From assembly GCA_041744215.1 (NCBI GenBank), contig JBGTLG010000032.1, positions 32,001-96,000 on the forward strand: a stretch of 64,000 nt of DNA, in the 5' to 3' direction. This document shows positions 1-8,571 of this stretch, one piece after another (position 1 is the first letter of the stretch; each line of letters opens with the position of its first letter). The notes under the pieces are model-generated. The model had not been told where the DNA came from, made no database searches, and saw nothing but the letters and a program-made list of their open reading frames with translations. The DNA is from Fimbriimonadales bacterium. GTDB lineage: Bacteria; Armatimonadota; Fimbriimonadia; Fimbriimonadales; ATM1. The translations under genes were made by a program, and so were the position numbers.

Positions 1-1212
1 ACCAAGACTATTTTTTAGTTTAACATCGAGTCCGCCGGGCTCACTGAGGAGCGTGAGAATCTCTTTCTCCTCTTCGTAAATCACGGTGGGAGCTGTGACT
101 TCTCGCCAAGCATCTCCCTGGAGCGTCTGTCTGGCCTTTGGCGATCCGGTCATCACCGCCTTTTTCATCCCTTCCGCGTAGACGTATTCGACTTTCGCGC
201 ACGTGACGACGATGGGATACTTGCGCGCCGTATCCAAGTTTCGTGGGTCCTGCTGATTCTGCGGCTGGTTCTGTCGCAAGTTGGGCGGAAGGTTTGGCTG
301 GGCTGGCGGAATTCCAGCGACGGACGTCACGCTCCGTTTATCCCTTTCAGGCTTGACATAAAACTTCACTGCGCCAGTCGCAACGGCGCGCCGCTCTTTG
401 CGGTACACGACAACTTTTGGTGCAGACACGATCGCGTCGGGACCATGATATTCGACGCTACCCTCAGCCGTAACAATGTCCGTCGTTCGGTCCCAGGTGA
501 TCGTTTTTCCGCGCAACAGAGAGTTCTTGTCAACAATCTCTGCATCGACGTAGACATCGCGATCTGGGTTCTTCAAGTGACGCCACTCTTTCATGCGAAT
601 GTCGACATCATCTCGGCGCGTCTGTGCGACCGGCTCGAGAATCTCCCAGTTTTCTGCCGGGCCGCGCCATGTCACTCCTTCGACAAACGCTTCCTTCGAG
701 TCGTAATCCAGAACAAACGACTGTGCTGAGAATTTGCCTCCGCGATACGTGCCTGATGCGCCGTTCTCCACAAAAACTTTTCGCTCGCCTTGGTCGATGA
801 TGGCGCGCATACCCGTGACGTCGAAGGTTTCGTTTTTCACCCGAGGCGCGCCGGCGACATCGATCCGTTTTGTGGCTGCCTCATAAGTAGCGATGCCTGC
901 CTCAAACTCAGTCGAAACCGCGCCGTCGTCAAAGGTCTTACCATCAGTTAAAAGTGTCATCCGGAGGTGCTGTTGATCGCGCCGTACAAGCACACGAGAA
1001 GTGTTGAAGGACGCGCGCAGCTGACCATCTTCGAAAATGCCGACGTTCACGTTCATCATGAGCGAGCCCACTCCGCCTCCGAACGGCTTGAGGTAGGCCT
1101 CTCTATACTTCACGAACGGATCGAGTGAGGACAGGTTCGTGACGCCAAAGTAAGCCGCGATCGCACCGATCCCGACTGCGACGGCTACTGCCAGCACTTT
1201 TAATCTATTCAA
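1..1212 (-). CDS. LptA/LptC (OstA-like) beta-jellyroll repeat protein, membrane-anchored; runs off the left edge
   Basis: Open frame read manually (absent from ORF track because it has no stop in the window). TTG start at 1212 overlaps the upstream TAG. N-terminal TM (VLAVAVAVGIGAIAAYFGV) and OstA-like strands (ITWDRTTDIVTAEGSVEY; VEYVYAEGMKKAVMTGSP). Confidence 0.65.
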   Translation of the reverse strand, partial: MNRLKVLAVAVAVGIGAIAAYFGVTNLSSLDPFVKYREAYLKPFGGGVGSLMMNVNVGIFEDGQLRASFNTSRVLVRRDQQHLRMTLLTDGKTFDDGAVSTEFEAGIATYEAATKRIDVAGAPRVKNETFDVTGMRAIIDQGERKVFVENGASGTYRGGKFSAQSFVLDYDSKEAFVEGVTWRGPAENWEILEPVAQTRRDDVDIRMKEWRHLKNPDRDVYVDAEIVDKNSLLRGKTITWDRTTDIVTAEGSVEYHGPDAIVSAPKVVVYRKERRAVATGAVKFYVKPERDKRSVTSVAGIPPAQPNLPPNLRQNQPQNQQDPRNLDTARKYPIVVTCAKVEYVYAEGMKKAVMTGSPKARQTLQGDAWREVTAPTVIYEEEKEILTLLSEPGGLDVKLKNSLG

Positions 1213-2074
1213 CCAGGGTGACGTCATTTCGGATCACTTGATTTGGCTCCGTAAAGCCGGTTATCTGAATCTCGAGTGTTTGGAAGCCAGTGCGTTCGAA
1301 GCGAATCGTGTAGTCGTTGGGAATCGCCCAGAACAGATACCTTCCATCGTTTCCTACGTTGAACTGACGTATAGGAGTGCCCGATTGGATCAGCGTGACT
1401 ATTGTGCCCGACGGACTTCCCCCACCTTGCAACGAGATAACGCCCCAAAGGTTGAACGGCGGAGGAGGAGGATTGGGGTCGCTGACCTTTGCTATCAGTA
1501 GCGGCGGAAGGCTGATCACACCGGCAATCGGATCTTGATTGACAAAGAACTCGGCGGGTACGTATCCGGCCTTCTCCAATCGTCCGGCGATTCCTGTAAA
1601 CACAAACGTGTTGGCGGGGTCATAGGCGACGCCCTCGAGTGAAAACAGTCCATTGGCATCCGTCAAGGTGCGCTTTCCAGCGAACCTAACCACTACTCCC
1701 GGCACGGGCTCACTATCGGCTGCGTCTATCACCTGCCCGTTTATCGTGACCGTCGACGGCCCAATCCACAAGTCGCCCAGGTCTGTCGGCACGACAATCG
1801 CAGGAAACGAAAAGGTGAAAGTGGGAAACGCGCTCAGCACGATCGCCGTGGTTGCGCCTGCCTCCACGCTCATCACGAACAGGCCATCGCCCGCCCCCGT
1901 CTGAGCTGTTCTCGATCCGATCTGAACCGTTGCTTGCGGATTTGGAGCGTTTCCTGTAGAGATACTGAGAACTCTTCCCGTTACTTGAATCCCGCCGCCT
2001 CCTGTGCCGCCTCCGCCGCAACCCAGAAGCGACATCGCAATTGCGAGGACTGCAAGCAAAGCGAACCTAATCAT
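1205..2074 (-). CDS. Lipoprotein with carboxypeptidase-regulatory-like (prealbumin-fold) domains
   Basis: Start refined to MIRFALL (ATGA overlap with upstream stop). Lipobox LLGC-GGGG. Repeats of the type GQVIDAADSEPVPGVVV...TDANGLFSL. Confidence 0.75.
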   Translation of the reverse strand: MIRFALLAVLAIAMSLLGCGGGGTGGGGIQVTGRVLSISTGNAPNPQATVQIGSRTAQTGAGDGLFVMSVEAGATTAIVLSAFPTFTFSFPAIVVPTDLGDLWIGPSTVTINGQVIDAADSEPVPGVVVRFAGKRTLTDANGLFSLEGVAYDPANTFVFTGIAGRLEKAGYVPAEFFVNQDPIAGVISLPPLLIAKVSDPNPPPPPFNLWGVISLQGGGSPSGTIVTLIQSGTPIRQFNVGNDGRYLFWAIPNDYTIRFERTGFQTLEIQITGFTEPNQVIRNDVTLVE

Positions 2075-4848
2075 CGCGATCCTCCGTTGACATCGATACG
2101 CAGCGTTCTTGTGTCGCTCGTCGCGGTGAATCGATAAGTTGCCTGCAGTCGCGGCATCCATGACTTGCCGCCTTCGATGTCCCTCACAGCGATCACCGGA
2201 TGAACGAATCCGCTTACGAAGCTATCGAGAGTCAAAGAGTAGCTTTGACCAGGGCGCAATCCGGTCAGGCGTACGTTCCAAGTGGTTGAACCGCGGGCGC
2301 GATAGTCTTTGTACATCGGCGAAGGGGCAATGATCTCAGCCTGCAGCGCACCTCCCCACGAAGGGGGCAACAAGCTGTCTATACCGACGTCATAGCTTGA
2401 TGTCGCACCTGTTGCGAAGCCGAACTCGACCGATGAAGTTTCGATAGTGCCAAGGGCTGCGTTGAGTTTTGCTCTCCAGGTTGGCTCGAGAGGATTCGGT
2501 GTTGCTGTTGCCGCCTGCGGGCTCCCTGGGCGAAAAGTGATTGTGACTCCTTCCGCGACCAACGACCGCACGAAGACGGCATTACCAACTGCAAACGTTG
2601 TTGTCGGCGTCATCGTGCCACCTTCCGGTACTCCGCTAAACACATCTGGGGCGCCCGGAACGAACTGGAAAATCGTCGTGTCGATCCAGCCCGCTGCGAT
2701 GGCGTCATTCCAAGTACGTGGCGATTCTGCTGCACGCTGCACGGTCACTTCCGAAAGCGAAACGGCTTGCATAAATGGATTCACAATTTGATTCCACCCA
2801 ACTTGCAGAGCAACACTTGCCGGTTGATCGCCTGGGAGCCTGCCTTCGACGGTAAAGACAGGAACAGCGCTCGGCATCCGCACGTAAAAACCTCGCCCCC
2901 AGTCGAACCTTGTGATTACCGGATAGAGATCATAACGGAAGAAGTCTTGCCGCCACTTCGCAAGCAGCGTTTGATTTGCGGGCAGATTCAACGTCTGGGA
3001 GTGATCGGTCACCCACGGCAAAATCGGCAATCCGAACATTTGCATCCCGGCTGAGAGTCCGTTTGGCGCGAAGTAGACACCTTCGTCTTCCAAGCGTATG
3101 TCCAGTCCAAGTCTGTTGCTCCAAGTATTCACGATTTCGGTGTGGATCACCGTTTCGTTTCCGTTGTCGACACTAATCACCTGGACTGTCGTTCGTCGCG
3201 GCGCGGCGAATCCCGGCGAAGCAACCGTTGCTCCGAATGCGCCGTTTCGCAATGGCGCATCGATGGTCTGACCCGTACCTGGAATTGTCAATCGCACAAT
3301 GCCAGTAAGCGTCGGTGGTCCCCCTGAGGTTTGTCCGGCAAATCCCATTACAGTTCCGTAGAAGTTGTTGGGCGTGGGGCTCTGCGCACTTGCAATCGCG
3401 CCCGCTGGCAACAAAGCTCTTGCGATGGAATCGCCGACGGGAAGCTCGACGGTCGCCTTGTACCACTGTGTCGGCCCACCAAAAACGTCTGGAATGTTTG
3501 GCGTGACAGATCCAAATCCGGCGGCAATGTCCATGCGATCTTCCTGACCCGTCAAGAATAGCCGCGCAAAAGTCGAATCCCAAAACAGCGGGTAGCACGT
3601 GCCACTAAGCAGTTGTTCGTTTCCTCCGGCAAGCGTGTCGAAGTAGCTGAGCCAAACCGCAAACACACCGAAGTCCTGCCCTGCGAGTCCGCTGGTTATC
3701 GGAATCGACTCAACGAAAGTCTTTCGGCCAAATGTGACTGTAGTGTCAAGGATGTACTGTCTACGCGACCACAGCGCAAACGATCTGCCCTCGATCGTGG
3801 AGTTCGGTCCGCCAGCGAGCGTGTTCATGGTTGACTGCGCGAGAGAATGCAGCGCTGGAACATCGCCAGAGATCGAAGGATCGACTGCGAATGCAGCGTA
3901 GTAACTTGAGAGAAATGTAGAGCAGAATGCCGGATACTCCGTTAGTACTTTTGCCCAGAGACTTCCGCCCATTCTGTATCGCATGAGATACAGTCCGCCT
4001 AACGAACCTCCTGGCGGAAGTGGTGTTTCGCGAAGATTTGGCGCGATGAAGTGCGGATTGCCTAGCGCAGGCTGGTTGTACCAACTGTATTGACCGCTTG
4101 TGTCGTAGGAGTTCTCAAGAACTTGCTGCAGTATCGTCGCGTTCAAGCCGTTAGGGACTCCATTCAGCCGCACAGTCTGCATCGTCGCAGCCCTCGCGAA
4201 GCCCTCTCCCCAAACGTCGTAATCAAACATCGACGGCCCGATGTATGCAAGCGCGAGGCAGTGAATGAAGTTGATGACATTCGATTCAGGAGCGAAGTAA
4301 ATCGGAAACCAAATCGCCTGCGCTCCTGTGCCGTCATCGGGCAAGTACAGTCCGCCAATCACTGCGTCGCGATCACTAATAGTCAGGTCTTTGTTGACGA
4401 CTTTGATAGTTCCCCCAACATACGGCTGTCCCAATATCGTGTCGAGGAACGGCTTCGCCGAGTCGAAAGCGCTTTGAAGCAAGTTCTGCTGGGAGATGCT
4501 AAACCCTTCAAAAACTAGGTTTAGAGGAGCGTCCATCCCGCCGGTCGCATCTCCCCAGAGAATACGATTCGATTCGTTCCGAAGTAGAACCACCCTGGGA
4601 AGGACGAAGGCGATGTCCGGCATTAGCCCAAGGCGAACCTTGGAATGATGGTATGCCTGAATCGTGGCGTTGGTGGCTGCGAGTTCCGCACGGATGGTGG
4701 AGAGGACACCCGGGTCTGTGCTGGCCGCCTCAGCGGGGCCAGACACGTCGACAACGATGGCTGACCCCGGCACAGACGCACGAGCCTGAGGGAAGGCCAC
4801 TCCGATCAAGGCGAGAGCGGCGAACGATGCGAAGATCAGCTTTATCAT
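2071..4848 (-). CDS. Large secreted multidomain protein (degenerate gluzincin-like region plus C-terminal beta domains)
   Basis: 933-aa ORF; likely start MIKLIF with signal peptide. HCLALA...WGEGFA and LQVGWNQIVNPF motifs. Confidence 0.7.
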   Translation of the reverse strand: MIKLIFASFAALALIGVAFPQARASVPGSAIVVDVSGPAEAASTDPGVLSTIRAELAATNATIQAYHHSKVRLGLMPDIAFVLPRVVLLRNESNRILWGDATGGMDAPLNLVFEGFSISQQNLLQSAFDSAKPFLDTILGQPYVGGTIKVVNKDLTISDRDAVIGGLYLPDDGTGAQAIWFPIYFAPESNVINFIHCLALAYIGPSMFDYDVWGEGFARAATMQTVRLNGVPNGLNATILQQVLENSYDTSGQYSWYNQPALGNPHFIAPNLRETPLPPGGSLGGLYLMRYRMGGSLWAKVLTEYPAFCSTFLSSYYAAFAVDPSISGDVPALHSLAQSTMNTLAGGPNSTIEGRSFALWSRRQYILDTTVTFGRKTFVESIPITSGLAGQDFGVFAVWLSYFDTLAGGNEQLLSGTCYPLFWDSTFARLFLTGQEDRMDIAAGFGSVTPNIPDVFGGPTQWYKATVELPVGDSIARALLPAGAIASAQSPTPNNFYGTVMGFAGQTSGGPPTLTGIVRLTIPGTGQTIDAPLRNGAFGATVASPGFAAPRRTTVQVISVDNGNETVIHTEIVNTWSNRLGLDIRLEDEGVYFAPNGLSAGMQMFGLPILPWVTDHSQTLNLPANQTLLAKWRQDFFRYDLYPVITRFDWGRGFYVRMPSAVPVFTVEGRLPGDQPASVALQVGWNQIVNPFMQAVSLSEVTVQRAAESPRTWNDAIAAGWIDTTIFQFVPGAPDVFSGVPEGGTMTPTTTFAVGNAVFVRSLVAEGVTITFRPGSPQAATATPNPLEPTWRAKLNAALGTIETSSVEFGFATGATSSYDVGIDSLLPPSWGGALQAEIIAPSPMYKDYRARGSTTWNVRLTGLRPGQSYSLTLDSFVSGFVHPVIAVRDIEGGKSWMPRLQATYRFTATSDTRTLRIDVNGGSR

Positions 4849-4931
4849 AGGGCAGCTTGCGTCGGGGAGCATGGCATACCGACAGTTGGGTGACGTCCAA
4901 TCAGGGTCATTCGTTCCGCTTGGAAGCTGGG

Positions 4932-7487
4932 TTATCTCCCGCCGAATCGGAACTCAAGTTCAAGGTCGAGCCCCTGGCTACGGTAACTGGCAGAATTTCC
5001 AACGCCAGTCGCTTCCCTATCTCGAAATCTGTATGTGCCGCGAAGAGCGATGCCAGGGAGAATGTCGTAGGAGTAGCCGAGACCGAAGTACGACTCCTTG
5101 TCTGGCAGGTAGCCAGAAATGTTTCCACGTCGAAACTCGAAGAACGCGCGTTGCTTGGGATCGATCGCGTAGGTCAGACTTGCAAACAGAGAGTTGACAT
5201 TTCTGTCGAAACCGGTCAAACCGCTGCCGCCTGACGACACATACGCGTAGTCGCCTATGAGCCTCCACTTCTTCAAAAACTGCTGTTCCAGTGAGACTCC
5301 GTAGATGAGGTTATCGCTTGTTCCCGACTGATTCGTAAATGAAACTTTCATCTGCTCGACACGCGTCGTCAGCCGTGTTGTTTGAGTTGGCGACCATGTT
5401 GCGAGCAAGGACGCGCCGGTTTGATTGCTATTAGAAAGATTGTCGCCGTTCGCTTCGGATCTCATGAAGTTTACATCGAGCGATAGAGAATTCATAGGCG
5501 TCCAAGACGCGCGCAGCTGGGCGATCTTCGAGTTGCCGGGTCCTGTTCCGAATCCAAACCCTGTCCCGCCTCCGCTGAAACCGTTTCCGTTATAGCCAAA
5601 GCCGTGGCCGCCGGTGTATCCTCCGATGCCTGTCACTGCGCCGCTGTTCGTGTCAGCAAAGAGCAGTTCCATGCGAAGGCTTGGCGACGGTGTCCATTCC
5701 GTTCTGAATGAGATGTCGCGGCCGACTCCAGATTTCTCCGATGTTCGTATTGCGTTGACGCCAACCCCCGCGCTGACGTTGAGCTGCTCGGTCATGCGGT
5801 AGCCAGCAGAGAAGCGTCCGCCATAGAGGCTAGTCGTTGCAAGCTCCTGCTTCGGCTGACCGTCTGCCGGAGACCGGACTTGCGTTGCACCAATCCCGGC
5901 ATCAAATGTCAGCTTGCCACTGTTCCACTTGTATCCCGTTTGTAGGCCATGACTTTGATTGCGAATGCCGTTGTACGCTCCATCCGAAGTGAGTGCGGTG
6001 AAATACAGGCTCTCGGCGTTACCACGATCTTGCGATGCGGAGAAACGAATGTCTCGCGTGTGCCCCTTGATCGTTTCGAGTTTGCCTTCGGAGTAGCGAG
6101 GTGTCCCAATCTGAAGTTGCTGACCCGTCAGAGACAGGTTCCATCCTTGCCCGAGCTTGTAGTTCAATCGAGACTCAAAGCCCGATGTATTGCGACCAAA
6201 TCCGGTTGTCTCGACGGTGACGTAATTGCTCGGGATGTCCATCCAGCGCGCGTCAAACGTCAGCTTCTCTGACTCGAATTTGTAACGTGCCGATTTGGCT
6301 TGGCCGGTTTGCGTGCCCGTCGGAGTCGCGAGTCGGCTTTGTGCGCCAGAAAAAGACAACAACTGTCCTGGAGCGATCTTCCACATGACATCAATTCCGC
6401 TGACTTGCCGCTTGCCGTTTCCAAAAGTGCCCGGATCGGGAGACGGAGTGTAGGTGACCCGAATGATCGAACTTGGTGGCATGAAACGCGTGAAGTAGAA
6501 GACCTGCGGATTGAACTCATCGAAGAAGTAGTCAAAGCCTTCGAGTTGCAAGAGTCCGTCTACGGTGATCGTAATCGGCTGCGTTCGGAGCGGCGGATTG
6601 AGCAGGTAGTAAGGTGTATTCGGCGCGCCGTAGCCTTGGAACGCCTCTGTGGTTTGCGATAGACCCGTCGCCCCTCTCGGCTGCTGCTCGATATGCGTCG
6701 CGCCAATTGATAGCGATGGTGAAATCTTGTAAGCGACATGACCACCGTACACATCTCCGCGGCTCTGGTTCTGCCCCATCGTTTCGTATGTGCAGACAAT
6801 TGTGCTCGTCGGAGGTATAGGGCGCTCAAAGAGAATCGTTCCGCCATACGTGTTGACAGTGTAGTCTTGTCCTAATCGTTGATCAACACCATCCACCTGT
6901 ACTCGCAATGAACCGTCGATGATCATTCCCGCTTGCAGATAGTAGGGTCCAGGTGTGTTGTTCCCTGTCAACGAAATGGTTCTTGCTGCAGATCGAGACT
7001 GCGTATATAGCGTGCTAACCGTCAGCGGACCGAATGTCGTCGAAGCTTGCGCTCCTCTCATGCTTCGGCTAAAACGGACTAACTCGTTGTTGGAAGGCAG
7101 ACGAGCATTGATGTCACCGACGTCGAAGCGCATCCCATTGCGATTGTAATTGACGGAGACGCGTCGGTCCATGGGTTGGCCGAACGGGTTGTTATCAAGC
7201 TGCATGTCGAAGTTGAGTACTCCGAGCACGTTCTTCCCGGAGATTGAGACGCTGCGCTCGTCAATAAAAGTCCCCGTCTGGCCACGATTCCACTGCTCGT
7301 AGAATGCCTCTTGGTTGCCGTCGATTCTGTGGAGCCTGAGCGCAAATTTTTGGTTACCCGTGATCAGGATCTTCTTGAAGACGTTTTGCTCGATCCACTC
7401 GAACAGGTCCGGCTCCGATTCCTCGGGTTGGCCGGCTGCCGCGACCGCCAGTGCCACGGCCCCAACGAGGCACAAAAACCTGTTCAC
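4932..7487 (-). CDS. Large outer-membrane beta-barrel protein with two inserted beta-sandwich repeats
   Basis: Signal peptide, many amphipathic beta-strands, C-terminal LELEFRFGGR. Two repeats (GPYYL...VDG...GQDYTV...F; TPYYL...VDG...GFDYFF...F). Confidence 0.75.
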   Translation of the reverse strand: MNRFLCLVGAVALAVAAAGQPEESEPDLFEWIEQNVFKKILITGNQKFALRLHRIDGNQEAFYEQWNRGQTGTFIDERSVSISGKNVLGVLNFDMQLDNNPFGQPMDRRVSVNYNRNGMRFDVGDINARLPSNNELVRFSRSMRGAQASTTFGPLTVSTLYTQSRSAARTISLTGNNTPGPYYLQAGMIIDGSLRVQVDGVDQRLGQDYTVNTYGGTILFERPIPPTSTIVCTYETMGQNQSRGDVYGGHVAYKISPSLSIGATHIEQQPRGATGLSQTTEAFQGYGAPNTPYYLLNPPLRTQPITITVDGLLQLEGFDYFFDEFNPQVFYFTRFMPPSSIIRVTYTPSPDPGTFGNGKRQVSGIDVMWKIAPGQLLSFSGAQSRLATPTGTQTGQAKSARYKFESEKLTFDARWMDIPSNYVTVETTGFGRNTSGFESRLNYKLGQGWNLSLTGQQLQIGTPRYSEGKLETIKGHTRDIRFSASQDRGNAESLYFTALTSDGAYNGIRNQSHGLQTGYKWNSGKLTFDAGIGATQVRSPADGQPKQELATTSLYGGRFSAGYRMTEQLNVSAGVGVNAIRTSEKSGVGRDISFRTEWTPSPSLRMELLFADTNSGAVTGIGGYTGGHGFGYNGNGFSGGGTGFGFGTGPGNSKIAQLRASWTPMNSLSLDVNFMRSEANGDNLSNSNQTGASLLATWSPTQTTRLTTRVEQMKVSFTNQSGTSDNLIYGVSLEQQFLKKWRLIGDYAYVSSGGSGLTGFDRNVNSLFASLTYAIDPKQRAFFEFRRGNISGYLPDKESYFGLGYSYDILPGIALRGTYRFRDREATGVGNSASYRSQGLDLELEFRFGGR

Positions 7488-7494
7488 TTTACAG

Positions 7495-8571
7495 TTAAGA
7501 CGTCCCGGACAACGACGGGAGATGCTTTATTAGTATATCTATGTTCCGCCGGGCGAGGGCCTTCTGCTCCGGGACTTTCCTGGCAAGCGTCTCGATGTTC
7601 CGCGTACGCTCGCCCTCGAAACGCTGGAAATTTGCCCAAAGCGCATCGGCGGTCAGCCCGTCGGCTGAGATGGCGGAGCCCATGTCCATCGCCGCGGAGA
7701 ACGCTGCGACCTTCGGATCGTACGCCACCATCATGGGAGGTACGCCAACTGAGGCCGAGAGGATTCCCGCATGAAGTCGCATTGCGACGACTGAATGCAT
7801 CCGCCTAAGCCGCGACAACAGGGCTCCAGGCGTCTGAATGTTTCTCATGTCCGGAGCGCGACCGCCGTGAAGCTTCGCTATCTGATCCAGGATGGCTGTA
7901 TCCACCTTACTGTCCATTTCGACGAGAACCGGCACGTATTGGTTCTTGTAAAGCAGCTGCGCGAACCCACCGAAAGCGGCTGCGACGTCTTTTCCTTTGC
8001 CCCATGGCCTTGCAGCGATACCAACGGCTTTCATGCCGCCGATGCCGAACGTGGAGTCAGGCGTGTCGTCAGGCTCGGTAAGCCATCCGAGGTCCGCCGT
8101 AACTTCCACCGGCCGCTTCACACCTAGCGCGCGCAGGGCATTTAAGCTTCCTGCATCCCGCACAGTAATTTCATCCACCATCTTTAGTGCGTTGGACGCC
8201 ATCTGCTTTCCGAAGAACGTATTGACGGGCCCAACACCCTGCGCAAGCATCACTACACGCTTCTTGTGCTTTTTTGCAAAGTGTATGAGCTTCGTGTAAT
8301 AGCGCATGCTCATCGCACTCGTTACATCTTGGAGGATCCCGCCGCCACCAAAAACGAGCGCATCTGCCGTCTCCAGTTCCTTCGCAATTTGATCGAAGCT
8401 GCGCCGCTCGATCGCCGGAATGCCGAGAGTTCTTTGGAGTCGCTCAGGTTCGCCAGCGAGCGCGACCGGTCGAATGGGCAAGTCCTTCATGGCGGTCAGG
8501 AGCCCCATGAGTAACGCATCGTCGCCCATGTTTCCACAGCCGTAGTATCCGGCGAGAACAATTTTGCTTAC
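7495..8571 (-). CDS. csaB: Polysaccharide pyruvyl transferase CsaB family
   Basis: KIVLAGYYGCGNMGDDALL, GGGGILQDVTS, AQGVGP, ITVRD, AMRLHA, YDPKV. The conserved N-terminus extends 5' of the ATG at 8529, so the start is uncertain. Confidence 0.88.
   Translation of the reverse strand, partial: VSKIVLAGYYGCGNMGDDALLMGLLTAMKDLPIRPVALAGEPERLQRTLGIPAIERRSFDQIAKELETADALVFGGGGILQDVTSAMSMRYYTKLIHFAKKHKKRVVMLAQGVGPVNTFFGKQMASNALKMVDEITVRDAGSLNALRALGVKRPVEVTADLGWLTEPDDTPDSTFGIGGMKAVGIAARPWGKGKDVAAAFGGFAQLLYKNQYVPVLVEMDSKVDTAILDQIAKLHGGRAPDMRNIQTPGALLSRLRRMHSVVAMRLHAGILSASVGVPPMMVAYDPKVAAFSAAMDMGSAISADGLTADALWANFQRFEGERTRNIETLARKVPEQKALARRNIDILIKHLPSLSGTS

Noticed and set aside
366-729. Short ORF-track calls at the left edge
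   Set aside because: They overlap the long minus-strand frame 1-1212, which is the more plausible gene.
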